This document shows positions 55,497-64,000 of a DNA stretch of 64,000 nucleotides, piece by piece. Position 1 is the stretch's first letter. The number at the start of each line of letters is the position of its first letter. This DNA is from Actinomycetota bacterium (GTDB lineage Bacteria; Actinomycetota; Geothermincolia; Geothermincolales; RBG-13-55-18). A program made the translations under genes and the position numbers. The notes beneath the pieces are model-generated. The model was not told the origin of the DNA and did no database searches. It saw nothing but the letters and a program-made list of their open reading frames with translations. The stretch covers positions 3,500-67,499 of the forward strand of contig JAQVFR010000013.1 in the NCBI GenBank assembly GCA_028697145.1. Direction: 5' to 3'.

Positions 55497-57863
55497 GTGC
55501 CCGCAACCGGCGGAACGAAGAGTACGTCAAGCAGCATCGCGAGGTCGCTGTTTATCGTAGCCCTGTTGCTGTCCCTGGCCTTCACCGTGTGCTCGCAGCT
55601 CCCCGCCCTGGCTCAGACCGATTATACCTACCTTGCCTTCCACACTGAGATGAAGATCAACGCGAACGGCTCGCTCCTGGTGCGGAACAAGGTTACCTAT
55701 GAATTCCCCGCATCGTCCCGTCTCGTCGGGCTGTTCGTTCCCTCGTTTTACGGCAGGCTCGTGGAGGGAAGGGTGCTGGGGGGCGATGGGACGGTCCTGC
55801 CCGACGGCACATGGGGTCTCAGCGAGGACGAGAGGGGTTATTCCTTCTGGTGTGACACCGGCGCGACAGGCACGGTGGCCACCTGCATCTACGAGTACCT
55901 CCTCGACGATGCCTTCGTTCGGGACGCGGAACGTACCGGCCTGGAGAAATGGACCGCTGTTCCCGCGGACCGCAACTCCCCCATCACGGAGTCCTCGGTC
56001 AGGATACGCTTCCCGGCGGAAGCGGACGCGGCGTCGATAAAGCTGACGGTCACGCCCCTCGATTACAGGGGCCGCATAAGCCAGCGTTTCGAGGGCGGCG
56101 ATACTGCGGTGATAGAGGCGGCGGACCTGGCGGAGGCGTCCTCTTATTCCATCACCTGTTACTGGCCCTCTTCGCTCATGGACACCACGGTTCCCGATTC
56201 GCCCCCGGGCGAGGAGAAGAGCTGGGAGTTCGAGCGCTTCGACAGCGAGATAACCGTCAATCCGGACTCGTCCTTTACGGTGCGCGAGACGCAGGTAGTC
56301 AATTTCCGCGGCAGCTTCGAATGGCTCAACCGCGATATAAGCACTGAATCCGCCTTCTCGTTCAACGGCCGCACCTACGGCAGAGTGCGCATCCACGACA
56401 TCGCCGTCTTCACCCTGGACGGCCAACCTTATGACCGTGGCCATTGGGGCGTGGAATCCTACGATAGCGGCAAGAGGGTGCATATAGAGTTCGAGGCCAG
56501 GGACGAACAGAAGGGCTGGATAATCGAATACCGCATGACCGGGGCCTTTATCTTCGCCGACGATCTCGACCGCCTCTACTGGGACGCCGTTTCCATCGAC
56601 CGGGACGTAGCGATAAAGTCGTCCACCGTCACCGTGCAACTGCCACAGGGCATAAAGGTGGAGGACGTGAAGGCCTCCGAGTATATCGACATCTCCAATC
56701 CTCCCTCGGACTACGGGCAGGTAGTCGAAGGCGATAGACTGCGGTGGGAGGTCAGGGAGATCCCGCCCTATTCGACCTTCACCATCGACGTCGCCTTGCC
56801 CAAGGGCGCCGTTGCGAAACCCTGGCAGTACGACAGGGCCTGTGGCATCGCCATCATCGCCTCCTCTTCTTTCCTCCTCGCGGCGGCGGCACTGGGCATG
56901 TTTCTCCTGTGGTGGAGGAAGGGTAGGGACGTGGGGAGGACGGGCACGGCCATGGTCCGTTATGAGCCCCCCGTGGGGATCCTGCCGGCGATGCTGGGTA
57001 TGCTGGTAAACCAGAAGCCACGCGTGCATGACATCTCGGCGACCATCGTCGACCTCGCGCGCCGTGGATACCTGGTCATCATCGAGTCGGAAAAGCGCAG
57101 CTTTATCAGGATGAGGGAATACGCTTTCCAGCGCAGCAAAGAGGACCTCTCCGGCCTCCTGCCCTACGAACGGGAGATCATGGAGGGGCTGTTCTCCAGC
57201 GGCGACAGGGTGGAGGAATCCGACCTCCGGAACAAGTTCTATACCCACGTGGACTCCATCCTCAACAAGGGCGTGAAGAAAGAGGTCATGGAGAGGAAGC
57301 TGTTTACGACGGAGCCGGGGGCAATGCGTACGAGATACCTCGTCGCGGCCGCTCTCGTCGCAGGCCTTCCCCTGGCGGCACTGCTGGTCCTCCCGACATG
57401 GTTCGACCTCGGCTGGTTCGCCGTCCTGCTCCTCGCCTTCATCCCCATAGGCGCGGTCGTGGCCATCGTGGGATGGGCCATGCCCAGCCGCAGCGTCGAG
57501 GGATCGCGCGCCTACGAGCATGCCATGGGCTTTCGCGAGTTCATGGAGACGGCGGAGAAACAGGAGCTGGAGTCAATGACCCCCGAAAACTTTCAGGCCA
57601 ACCTGCCCTACGCCATGGTCCTGGGGGTAGCCGATGCCTGGGCGCGGAAGTTCAAGGATATATACACCACTCCCCCCGAGTGGTATGCGAGCAGCGGAGC
57701 TACTTTCAGCACGCTGTATCTGGCTTCTTCCCTCAACGGCATGACCGACAGGATGAACAGCACCCTTACCTCTTCGCCACGCTCGTCGGGTTCCGGCGGC
57801 GGTGGATTCGGGGGGGGATCCGCCGGGGGCGGCTTCGGTGGCGGCGGATCTTCGGCCGGTTGA
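55497..57863 (+). CDS. DUF2207-like membrane protein with Gly-rich C-terminal tail
   Basis: 788 aa; N-terminal signal/TM segment, large extracytoplasmic domain, multiple TM helices and a terminal SSGSGGGGFGGGSAGGGFGGGGSS tail characteristic of DUF2207 proteins. Confidence 0.7.
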   Translation: MPATGGTKSTSSSIARSLFIVALLLSLAFTVCSQLPALAQTDYTYLAFHTEMKINANGSLLVRNKVTYEFPASSRLVGLFVPSFYGRLVEGRVLGGDGTVLPDGTWGLSEDERGYSFWCDTGATGTVATCIYEYLLDDAFVRDAERTGLEKWTAVPADRNSPITESSVRIRFPAEADAASIKLTVTPLDYRGRISQRFEGGDTAVIEAADLAEASSYSITCYWPSSLMDTTVPDSPPGEEKSWEFERFDSEITVNPDSSFTVRETQVVNFRGSFEWLNRDISTESAFSFNGRTYGRVRIHDIAVFTLDGQPYDRGHWGVESYDSGKRVHIEFEARDEQKGWIIEYRMTGAFIFADDLDRLYWDAVSIDRDVAIKSSTVTVQLPQGIKVEDVKASEYIDISNPPSDYGQVVEGDRLRWEVREIPPYSTFTIDVALPKGAVAKPWQYDRACGIAIIASSSFLLAAAALGMFLLWWRKGRDVGRTGTAMVRYEPPVGILPAMLGMLVNQKPRVHDISATIVDLARRGYLVIIESEKRSFIRMREYAFQRSKEDLSGLLPYEREIMEGLFSSGDRVEESDLRNKFYTHVDSILNKGVKKEVMERKLFTTEPGAMRTRYLVAAALVAGLPLAALLVLPTWFDLGWFAVLLLAFIPIGAVVAIVGWAMPSRSVEGSRAYEHAMGFREFMETAEKQELESMTPENFQANLPYAMVLGVADAWARKFKDIYTTPPEWYASSGATFSTLYLASSLNGMTDRMNSTLTSSPRSSGSGGGGFGGGSAGGGFGGGGSSAG

Positions 57864-57915
57864 GCGCGCCCTGCGTTTCCGCTTTTTCATTCCGGGCGAC
57901 CTGGGGCGCCCGCCG

Positions 57916-58239
57916 TCAGTCCGCGTGCTCGTGCCCGTGGGGATGTTCGTGGGGATGCTCGTGGGAGTGGCTGTGCGGGTGAGAATGATCGTGGCTGTGT
58001 TCGTGGGCCGTCTCGGCCTGGACCTCCGCCGCGGCCTCCACGGCATCGGCCGTCCTCTCCGCCGCTTCCGCCATCGCCGTCTTGGCCGCCGCCACCGCTT
58101 CGGAGACTTTCTCCCACCCCAGGTTTCCCGCCAGGGCTTCGTACTGTGAAAGCGCTTCGGCCTCATCGCGCAGGCGACGCAGGGCCTGTCTCAAGGCCAC
58201 TTTCAACAGCAAGGGAGACCTGTCCTCGTGATTACTCAT
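57916..58239 (-). CDS. small helical protein with C-terminal His-rich (HxH repeat) tail, putative metal-binding
   Basis: 107 aa ending HEHSHDHSHPHSHSHEHPHEHPHGHEHAD. Convergent with the DUF2207 gene. Confidence 0.55.
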   Translation of the reverse strand: MSNHEDRSPLLLKVALRQALRRLRDEAEALSQYEALAGNLGWEKVSEAVAAAKTAMAEAAERTADAVEAAAEVQAETAHEHSHDHSHPHSHSHEHPHEHPHGHEHAD

Positions 58240-58441
58240 GGCTAGAGTATATAATACATGGCATCAGGCTGGTAGGCAGGCGGTTTTCGCCCGGGGGGGT
58301 GAACGTTCGCGCCTACTGTTCGAACGCGGGGAATGCTCCGCCCGCAGCCAGATGGCGGAGGCGTATTCCAACAGGCTCGCCCGCATAGTCTCCGGGTACA
58401 ATATGAACATGCGCGGGATATGATCCAAGGGGGTATGAGAC

Positions 58442-59962
58442 ATGAACATCGGAGAATGGCCGACGCGGTGGGCGGCTCGTTATCCCGACGAGCACTGTAT
58501 CAAGTACGGGGACCTGGAACTGAGCAAGCGGGAGTTCAACGCCAGGATCAACCGCCTCGCGCATGCACTGCAGGAGATGGGGGTCAGAAAGGGCACTAGG
58601 TTCGCCGCGCTCATGGCAAACAGCAACGTGTTCCTGGAGATACTGCTGGCGCTGAACAAGCTGGGCGGGATCATGGTGCCCCTGAACTTCCGGCTCGCCG
58701 CTCCCGAGCTGGAGTACATCCTTAACGATTCGGAGCCCGAGGGGCTCATCTACTCACCCGAGTTCGCGGAGACGGCGGAGGCACTTCACGGCGCGGTGCC
58801 CTCGATCAGGCAATACGTCCGGGAGTTGGAGGGCGGCTCAGCGGATGATCCGCTCTACGAGGAGTGGATCGCCGGGAAGTCCGAGGAGGAGCCGGTGCCC
58901 GACGCGGAGGTGACCCTCGATGATTACCAGTTCATCATGTACACGTCGGGGACCACGGGCAAACCCAAGGGCGCCGCCATACTTCACGGCAACACGCAGT
59001 GGAACGCCATCAACTCCATCAACATGTATGCCATGGGCAACGAGGACGTGGGCATCGCCTGCGCGCCTCTTTTCCACATAGGAGGCCTGGCGGTATCGGC
59101 CTTCCCCATCCTTTATGTGGGGGGGGTGCTGACCATACAGCGATTCTTCAATCCCGTGGAGACCCTGCAGATCATCGAGAGGGACGGGGTGACCCTCATG
59201 TTCGGCATCCCCGTGATGTTCCTGCTCATGACCCAGGTGCCGGAATTCGATACCACCGATTACGCCAGTGTGCGCTTTTTCATCGCCGGGGGCGCGCCCT
59301 GCCCTCGCCCCCTCATCGAGACCTGGCAGAAACACGGCATCAACTTCAACCAGGGCTACGGCATGACCGAGACCGCCACCGCCATAACCGCCCTGCGCAC
59401 CGAGGACGCCCTGAGAAAGCTCGGCTCCTGCGGCAAGCCCGTCTTCCATACCGACATCAGGATCGTGGACACGGAGGGCAGCGACCTGCCGCGTGGGGAG
59501 ATGGGAGAAGTATGGGTAAAGGGCCCCAACGTCATCCGTGAGTACTGGCGCCTCCCCGAAGCCACCGCGGAGTCCATCACCGACGGTTGGCTGCACACCG
59601 GGGACATGGGATATATCGACGACGAAGGATACCTCTTCCTGGTGGACCGGCGCAAGGACATGTATATCTCGGGCGGCGAGAACGTCTATCCCGCCGAGGT
59701 TGAAGACGTCCTCATGGGATTCGGGAAGGTCGCCGATGTCGGTGTGATCGGCGTCAGCGACGAGAAATGGGGCGAGGTGGGCCTGGCCGTGGTCGTGCCT
59801 ACCCCCGGCGTCGAGGTCAGCGAAGAGGAGGTCATAGAGTTCTGCCGTGGCAAGCTGGCGAAGTACAAGATACCCAAGAGGGTGGCATTCGTGGAGGCGC
59901 TGCCGCGCACCGCTACCGGCAAGATCCTGAAGAAGGAGCTAAAGGCCCAGTTCAACCCGTGA
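58442..59962 (+). CDS. long-chain-fatty-acid--CoA ligase (AMP-binding/ANL superfamily)
   Basis: 506 aa; AMP-binding motif YTSGTTGKPKG, and YGMTE plus hinge/GE regions. Confidence 0.85.
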   Translation: MNIGEWPTRWAARYPDEHCIKYGDLELSKREFNARINRLAHALQEMGVRKGTRFAALMANSNVFLEILLALNKLGGIMVPLNFRLAAPELEYILNDSEPEGLIYSPEFAETAEALHGAVPSIRQYVRELEGGSADDPLYEEWIAGKSEEEPVPDAEVTLDDYQFIMYTSGTTGKPKGAAILHGNTQWNAINSINMYAMGNEDVGIACAPLFHIGGLAVSAFPILYVGGVLTIQRFFNPVETLQIIERDGVTLMFGIPVMFLLMTQVPEFDTTDYASVRFFIAGGAPCPRPLIETWQKHGINFNQGYGMTETATAITALRTEDALRKLGSCGKPVFHTDIRIVDTEGSDLPRGEMGEVWVKGPNVIREYWRLPEATAESITDGWLHTGDMGYIDDEGYLFLVDRRKDMYISGGENVYPAEVEDVLMGFGKVADVGVIGVSDEKWGEVGLAVVVPTPGVEVSEEEVIEFCRGKLAKYKIPKRVAFVEALPRTATGKILKKELKAQFNP

Positions 59963-60093
59963 TCCTCGAGGCACTTGCTGCAGGCACGAAAGCAGGGGGA
60001 GGATGATCTCGACCCCGGCCGGGTGCGGCTACGCGTTCTTCCGCGCAAAGGGTACGCTGATGCCGCGGCTTGTCCACATGCGCCAGGGATCTC

Positions 60094-60579
60094 TTACTCC
60101 AGCGCAAGATCCAGATCCGTGAGCCAGATGTCTGTAAGGCGCCCCTCCCGGTCTACTCCCACCAGGAGGCAGCTGGCTACCTTGAAGACGAGTGCCGCTC
60201 CCTCCGCCAGCGAGATGCGCAGGGATGAGCTGGCTTCGTGCCAGAGGAAGCGCGGCTCCACGGGAAGATATGTGAGGCTTTCGTTTCCGCCGGGAGGTTC
60301 CAGAAACAACACCCCTTCCGCATCGGGCATTAACGGCGGGCTCTCCTCCTCCCTCTTCCATCTCCCCGTCTTGACGTAGCATTGCAGGCCCGCCAGCTCA
60401 CCGCTCTCGCCGTCCAGCGCCAGCGCCACCCTGCCCAGCGCGAGGGTGCGTACGCTCGCGGGTGGCGCATCGCGTCGGGTGAATTCAACCATCTCCGGGA
60501 TCGCCTGATACGAGTTGGCTCCCACGGGAGGCGTCTCGTCCGTCTTCAACCTGATGCGCGGAAGTGCCTGTGCGTTCAC
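60094..60579 (-). CDS. hypothetical protein
   Basis: 161 aa; no recognisable motifs. Weak call. Confidence 0.4.
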   Translation of the reverse strand: MNAQALPRIRLKTDETPPVGANSYQAIPEMVEFTRRDAPPASVRTLALGRVALALDGESGELAGLQCYVKTGRWKREEESPPLMPDAEGVLFLEPPGGNESLTYLPVEPRFLWHEASSSLRISLAEGAALVFKVASCLLVGVDREGRLTDIWLTDLDLALE

Positions 60580-60739
60580 TTTCCCTCCTCGCAGCTACCG
60601 CACCCCGTCCAGCCGCCATTCCGGTCATCGCTCCAGCACCCCATCAATATTAACGCTTCTTCCCCCGTACCGCTCAAGTCCTGCCGACGCAGGAGGCCAC
60701 TGGCGAAACGGAGCCCTCAAACCGTATAAAGCGTTTATA

Positions 60740-61432
60740 ATGGCGTTACACATGGGTAACGCCGCATCGAGACTGCTGGAGGTGGAGCCGGTGGACGCCA
60801 TAGAGAGAGTGAAAAAGACCCTGGTCGAGTTGGATATCGAGGGCATACAGACTGCGGTGAGGGAAGCCCTGGATGGGGGAAATGCGCCCCTCGATATCGC
60901 CCTGAGAGGGCTGGGAGAGGGCATGAAGGACATCGGCGAGCTCTTTCAATCCGAGGAATACTACCTCGCCGACCTGGTCCTCGCCGGCGAGACCATGAAG
61001 GAGGGCATGGCCGTACTCGAGCCCCTCATATCGGGCGATGGGGCCTCACGCAAGGGACCCGTGGTCTTGTTCACGGTCAAGGGAGACGTCCACGACATCG
61101 GCAAAAACCTTGTGGTGACCATGCTGTCGGCGGCCGGGTTCAAGGTCGTCGACCTCGGTGTGGATGTGGCGGAGACGAGGGTGGTCGATGCGCTCAGGGA
61201 GAGCGGCGCCTCCCTCCTGGGGATGTCCGTGCTGATCACGCCCATGATATCCTCCATAGGTGACGTAGTCGACGCCATCAAGGAGGCCGGCCTGAGGGAA
61301 AGGGTGAGGATAGCCGTGGGCGGCGCCTGCACCACTCCCGAGCTGGTGGAGAAGTTCGGCCTCGACGCGCTGGGCAGGGATGCGGTGGAGGCGGTCGGTA
61401 TCTTCGAGGAATGGGAGACGAAAAAAGCGTGA
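60740..61432 (+). CDS. cobalamin (B12)-binding corrinoid protein (methyltransferase-cognate type)
   Basis: B12-binding DxHxxG motif GDVHDIGKN and Rossmann-like B12-binding domain, with a helical N-terminal cap domain. Start at the ATG reading MALHMGN (no good SD, uncertain). Confidence 0.7.
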   Translation: MALHMGNAASRLLEVEPVDAIERVKKTLVELDIEGIQTAVREALDGGNAPLDIALRGLGEGMKDIGELFQSEEYYLADLVLAGETMKEGMAVLEPLISGDGASRKGPVVLFTVKGDVHDIGKNLVVTMLSAAGFKVVDLGVDVAETRVVDALRESGASLLGMSVLITPMISSIGDVVDAIKEAGLRERVRIAVGGACTTPELVEKFGLDALGRDAVEAVGIFEEWETKKA

Positions 61433-61433
61433 A

Positions 61434-61454
61434 CCCCGGCCGCGCCGGCCGGGG
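61434..61454. terminator. GC-rich hairpin between the corrinoid protein gene and tRNA-Leu (possible bidirectional terminator)
   Basis: CCCCGGCC-GCGCC-GGCCGGGG. On the minus strand a U-rich tract follows after 7 nt. Confidence 0.4.
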
Positions 61455-61462
61455 TCTGATGC

Positions 61463-61550
61463 TGGTGTCGGAGGGGGGACTTGAACCCCCATGAGGAAAC
61501 TCCTCACTAGGCCCTCAACCTAGCGCGTCTACCGATTCCGCCACTCCGAC
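61463..61550 (-). tRNA. tRNA-Leu (anticodon GAG)
   Basis: Manual fold: acceptor GTCGGAG/CTCCGAC, anticodon stem CTAGG/CCTAG with loop TTGAGGG, long variable arm, T-arm GGGGG-TTCAAGT-CCCCC, encoded CCA. Confidence 0.9.
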
Positions 61551-61559
61551 TCGCACGCT

Positions 61560-61928
61560 TCAGGCCTGCTGATCACCGGAGATCTCTCCCGCTACAGCGA
61601 TCTCCTGCCCTTTCAACCTCCGGTTACGAAAACCAGTATATACTCTCGCCCTCCTGGGGTCTATTATCTTCGAGGCGTATAAAATATCCCTGGAGATTCG
61701 CCCGAACTTTCCGACCACGATAACGCGGTCCCCGTCATCCAGGGGAGGAGGAAAGCGGAATCCACGGTAAAACCACACCTTGGTGCTCTTGCCTCCTTCG
61801 TCCACGAGATCGAAGTTGATGTCGAAGGTCAGGGTCTTTGATTTTCGGTCGCTCTTCTTCGGCATAAGCGTGGGGAGCGGATAAGTTGATACGTTGAGTA
61901 TGATGCCAAGTTTCGTGATCTTCGCCAA
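61560..61928 (-). CDS. hypothetical protein (compositionally lower-GC gene adjacent to tRNA-Leu)
   Basis: 122 aa; Lys/Arg-rich with no recognisable motif. GC visibly lower than neighbours. Confidence 0.5.
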   Translation of the reverse strand: MAKITKLGIILNVSTYPLPTLMPKKSDRKSKTLTFDINFDLVDEGGKSTKVWFYRGFRFPPPLDDGDRVIVVGKFGRISRDILYASKIIDPRRARVYTGFRNRRLKGQEIAVAGEISGDQQA

Positions 61929-62032
61929 TTCCGCTCCTCCAACACCCTCACGCAGCAGGCACTGCGTCGCGATCCCGGCACACCATTAATTATCGTCCCA
62001 GCCCCGGGCGGGCTTGAGGTTTTCGCGCCAAT

Positions 62033-63223
62033 TCAGTGCTCCAGCATAGCGAGCACTGCCTGCCATACCCGCACCGCGAGTTCTTCCTTGGGCATGCGGT
62101 CAAGATCGAGCACGCGGCCGTCCGCGAACAAGAGTGTCGCCTTATTGTAGTCTGAATCGAATCCCGACCCCCGCGCCGATACGTCGTTGGCGACGATCAT
62201 GTCCACGCCCTTTTCCCTCAGTTTGCGGCTCGCGCGCTGCATCAACTCCCCGGTCTCGGCCGCGAAACCCACCAGCACCTGTCCCGGCGTCCTCGATCCG
62301 GCGAGGTGCTCGAGGATATCCCGCGTCGGCTCCAGCTCGAGCGTGAGCCCGCTCCGACCTTCTTTCTTTATCTTCTCCGCGTTCGCCCTCGCGGGGGTGA
62401 AATCGGCGACGGCCGCGGCCATGACCACGACATCGCATGCGGGCGCGATGGCCTTCACCTCTTCCCACATCTCGGCGGCGGTTTCGACCCTTATCGTCTC
62501 CACACCACCCGGGTCTTCCAGGCTGGTGGGGCCGCTTACCAGGTCAACATCGGCCCCCATCCTCTTTGCCGTGGCGGCAAGGGCATAGCCCATCCTGCCG
62601 CTGGACCTGTTGCCGATGTACCGCACCGGGTCTATGGGCTCCCTGGTGCCTCCCGCCGTCACCAGGACGCGCCTCCCCGCCAGGCTACCCCCCATGCCCA
62701 GTATCTCCAGGGCGGTATCTACGACGCGCGCTGGCTCCGACATCCTTCCCTCGCCTTCCTCGCCGCAGGCCAGCGAACCGCTTTCCGGCCCCACGACGAA
62801 CACGCCCCTTTCTCTCAGTTTCTCGAGGTTTGACCGGGTAGCCGGGTGGCGCCACATCTCGAGGTTCATGGCGGGCGCCACCAGCAATGGGGAGCGTGTG
62901 GCCAGCAGGGTGGTGGAAAGCAGGTCGTCGGCCAGGCCGTGCGCCATCTTGGCGAGGACGTTGGCGGTAGCCGGCGCCACCACGACGAGGTCGGCCTCCC
63001 GCGCCAGGGAGATATGCTGAATGGGAGCGCCCGTGTCCGCGAAATTGTCGATCGCGACGGGATTGCCGGTTATGGCCCTGAACGTGGCCGGTCCCACGAG
63101 GCGCGTGGCGTGCTCGGTCATTATTACCTTGACTTCGAAGCCGAGGAGGATGAACTGGCGCGCGACATCAACCGCCTTATATGCGGCTATTCCCCCGGTC
63201 ACGCCCAGAATGATGATGTTCAT
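62033..63223 (-). CDS. coaBC: bifunctional phosphopantothenoylcysteine decarboxylase / phosphopantothenate--cysteine ligase
   Basis: 396 aa; N-terminal flavoprotein domain (IILGVTGGIAAYKA) and C-terminal CoaB domain. Synteny with rpoZ-gmk. Confidence 0.9.
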   Translation of the reverse strand: MNIIILGVTGGIAAYKAVDVARQFILLGFEVKVIMTEHATRLVGPATFRAITGNPVAIDNFADTGAPIQHISLAREADLVVVAPATANVLAKMAHGLADDLLSTTLLATRSPLLVAPAMNLEMWRHPATRSNLEKLRERGVFVVGPESGSLACGEEGEGRMSEPARVVDTALEILGMGGSLAGRRVLVTAGGTREPIDPVRYIGNRSSGRMGYALAATAKRMGADVDLVSGPTSLEDPGGVETIRVETAAEMWEEVKAIAPACDVVVMAAAVADFTPARANAEKIKKEGRSGLTLELEPTRDILEHLAGSRTPGQVLVGFAAETGELMQRASRKLREKGVDMIVANDVSARGSGFDSDYNKATLLFADGRVLDLDRMPKEELAVRVWQAVLAMLEH

Positions 63224-63247
63224 ATCCTTGGTAATACGGGCCGGCCG

Positions 63248-63487
63248 CTACTTCACCCCATCTTCCGGGCGCTCGAACTCCAGCTTGTCTGCGGCGATTT
63301 CCTCCAGGGCGAGGGTGAGAGACTTGTTGGATGCGGACCTGATCTGCGGGCCGGCATCGTGTCCCAGCCCTTCCCCCAGATGGCGGAAATAATTGTTGAT
63401 CTGACGCGCCCGCTTGGCGGCCGTTATGGTCAGTCCAAACCTGGAATTGTCTATCCAGCGTAAGAGATCGTCTATACTGGTCTTCAT
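63248..63487 (-). CDS. rpoZ: DNA-directed RNA polymerase subunit omega
   Basis: Start at MKTSIDDLLRWIDNSRFGLTITAAKRARQIN (79 aa). The ORF-track extension to 63592 is not credible. Confidence 0.85.
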   Translation of the reverse strand: MKTSIDDLLRWIDNSRFGLTITAAKRARQINNYFRHLGEGLGHDAGPQIRSASNKSLTLALEEIAADKLEFERPEDGVK

Positions 63488-63521
63488 CAACACGCTTCTG
63501 AAACCTCCGTTCCTCATGAAC

Positions 63522-64000
63522 TCACTCGTGCAGGCGGCTTTCCCTCTCATATATAGCACAGAACTCATCGGCAGCGCGATGCAGCTGGTCATTTACGACC
63601 ACGTACTGGTACTCGTCCTTTTCCCTGCATTCCTCCAGGGCGTTGCGCAGGCGCTGCTGGAGTTCCGCCTCGTCCTCCGTGCCGCGTCTCCGCAGTCTCT
63701 CCTCGAGCGCCGCGGACGAAGGCGGGAGCACGAACACCGATACCGCCTCCGGCATCTTCTCCCTTACCTGTTTCGCTCCCTGTACGTCTATCTCGAGGAT
63801 AACGTCCTGCCCGCGCGCCAGCCTTTCCAGCACGCCGCCGGCGGGAGTGCCGTAGAGGTTGCCGTGCACCTCCGCCCATTCCAGGAAATCCTCCCGCGCT
63901 ACCATCTCCCCGAACTCGTTTTCGCTGAGGAAACGGTATTGCACACCGTCCGTTTCTCCCTGCCTCGGCTTCCTGGTGGTTGCCGATATCGAGAGCCAGA
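63522..64000 (-). CDS. gmk: guanylate kinase (5' end beyond window end)
   Basis: The in-frame translation continues upstream of the annotated Met (…SGSRYRQPPGSRGRETDGVQYRFLSENEF). This matches the guanylate kinase core; the P-loop region lies outside the window. Confidence 0.85.
   Translation of the reverse strand, partial: WLSISATTRKPRQGETDGVQYRFLSENEFGEMVAREDFLEWAEVHGNLYGTPAGGVLERLARGQDVILEIDVQGAKQVREKMPEAVSVFVLPPSSAALEERLRRRGTEDEAELQQRLRNALEECREKDEYQYVVVNDQLHRAADEFCAIYERESRLHE

Noticed and set aside
1-64000. Mobile elements (IS, integrase, prophage) near the four tRNA genes
   Set aside because: No transposase, integrase, recombinase or phage structural gene signatures were seen in any frame. 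tRNA-adjacent genes are metabolic or hypothetical. The only hint is the lower-GC ORF at 61560..61928.

Overview
This is a 64 kb segment of a high-GC bacterial chromosome (roughly 60-67% GC by eye, frequent 4-nt start/stop overlaps, SD motifs of the GGAGG type). Almost all of it is coding, and most genes lie on the minus strand.

The left third is a conserved translation/transcription neighbourhood: pnp (3' end runs off the window), rpsO, ribF, truB, a DHH-family NrnA-like phosphoesterase, rbfA, a DUF503 protein, infB, nusA and rimP. Next come an EF-G paralog, a HIT protein, thrS preceded by a double zinc-ribbon ORF, and tRNA-Val.

The rest is an accessory/metabolic region with an anaerobe-like flavour:
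- An M48 peptidase, tRNA-Cys and tRNA-Gly, and a KaiC-like ATPase locus behind a strikingly AT-rich palindromic divergent promoter.
- An ADP-forming acyl-CoA synthetase, then a degenerate rubredoxin-like ORF, a response regulator, a radical SAM protein with an atypical Cys spacing, and a GNAT.
- A CBS protein, DAHP synthase, PlsC, and a TPP enzyme.
- A tightly packed minus-strand redox cluster: an HgdC/BcrAD-type activase, a GAF protein, a GltD-like FeS flavoprotein, a geranylgeranyl-reductase-like protein, an iron-sulfur flavoprotein and a SAM methyltransferase.
- A thymidylate-synthase-superfamily homolog, a class I/II aminotransferase with no canonical start codon, and a homocitrate/isopropylmalate-synthase-like protein.
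- Several Cys-rich hypotheticals, a beta-oxidation block (two ACADs, TetR, CrtI-like, HAD, Zn-ADH, ECH, LMW-PTP, macro domain, FadH-like, SDR), a DUF2207 membrane protein next to a His-rich small protein, an acyl-CoA ligase, a corrinoid-binding protein, tRNA-Leu, and coaBC-rpoZ-gmk (gmk runs off the window end).

I found no transposase, integrase or CRISPR array. The candidates I would look at first for an undescribed system are (i) the activase-containing redox operon, (ii) the KaiC-like ATPase module with its palindromic operator next to tRNA genes, and (iii) the radical-SAM/GNAT/response-regulator/rubredoxin-like cluster. All functional calls come from reading the translated ORFs and motifs by eye; no database search was possible.
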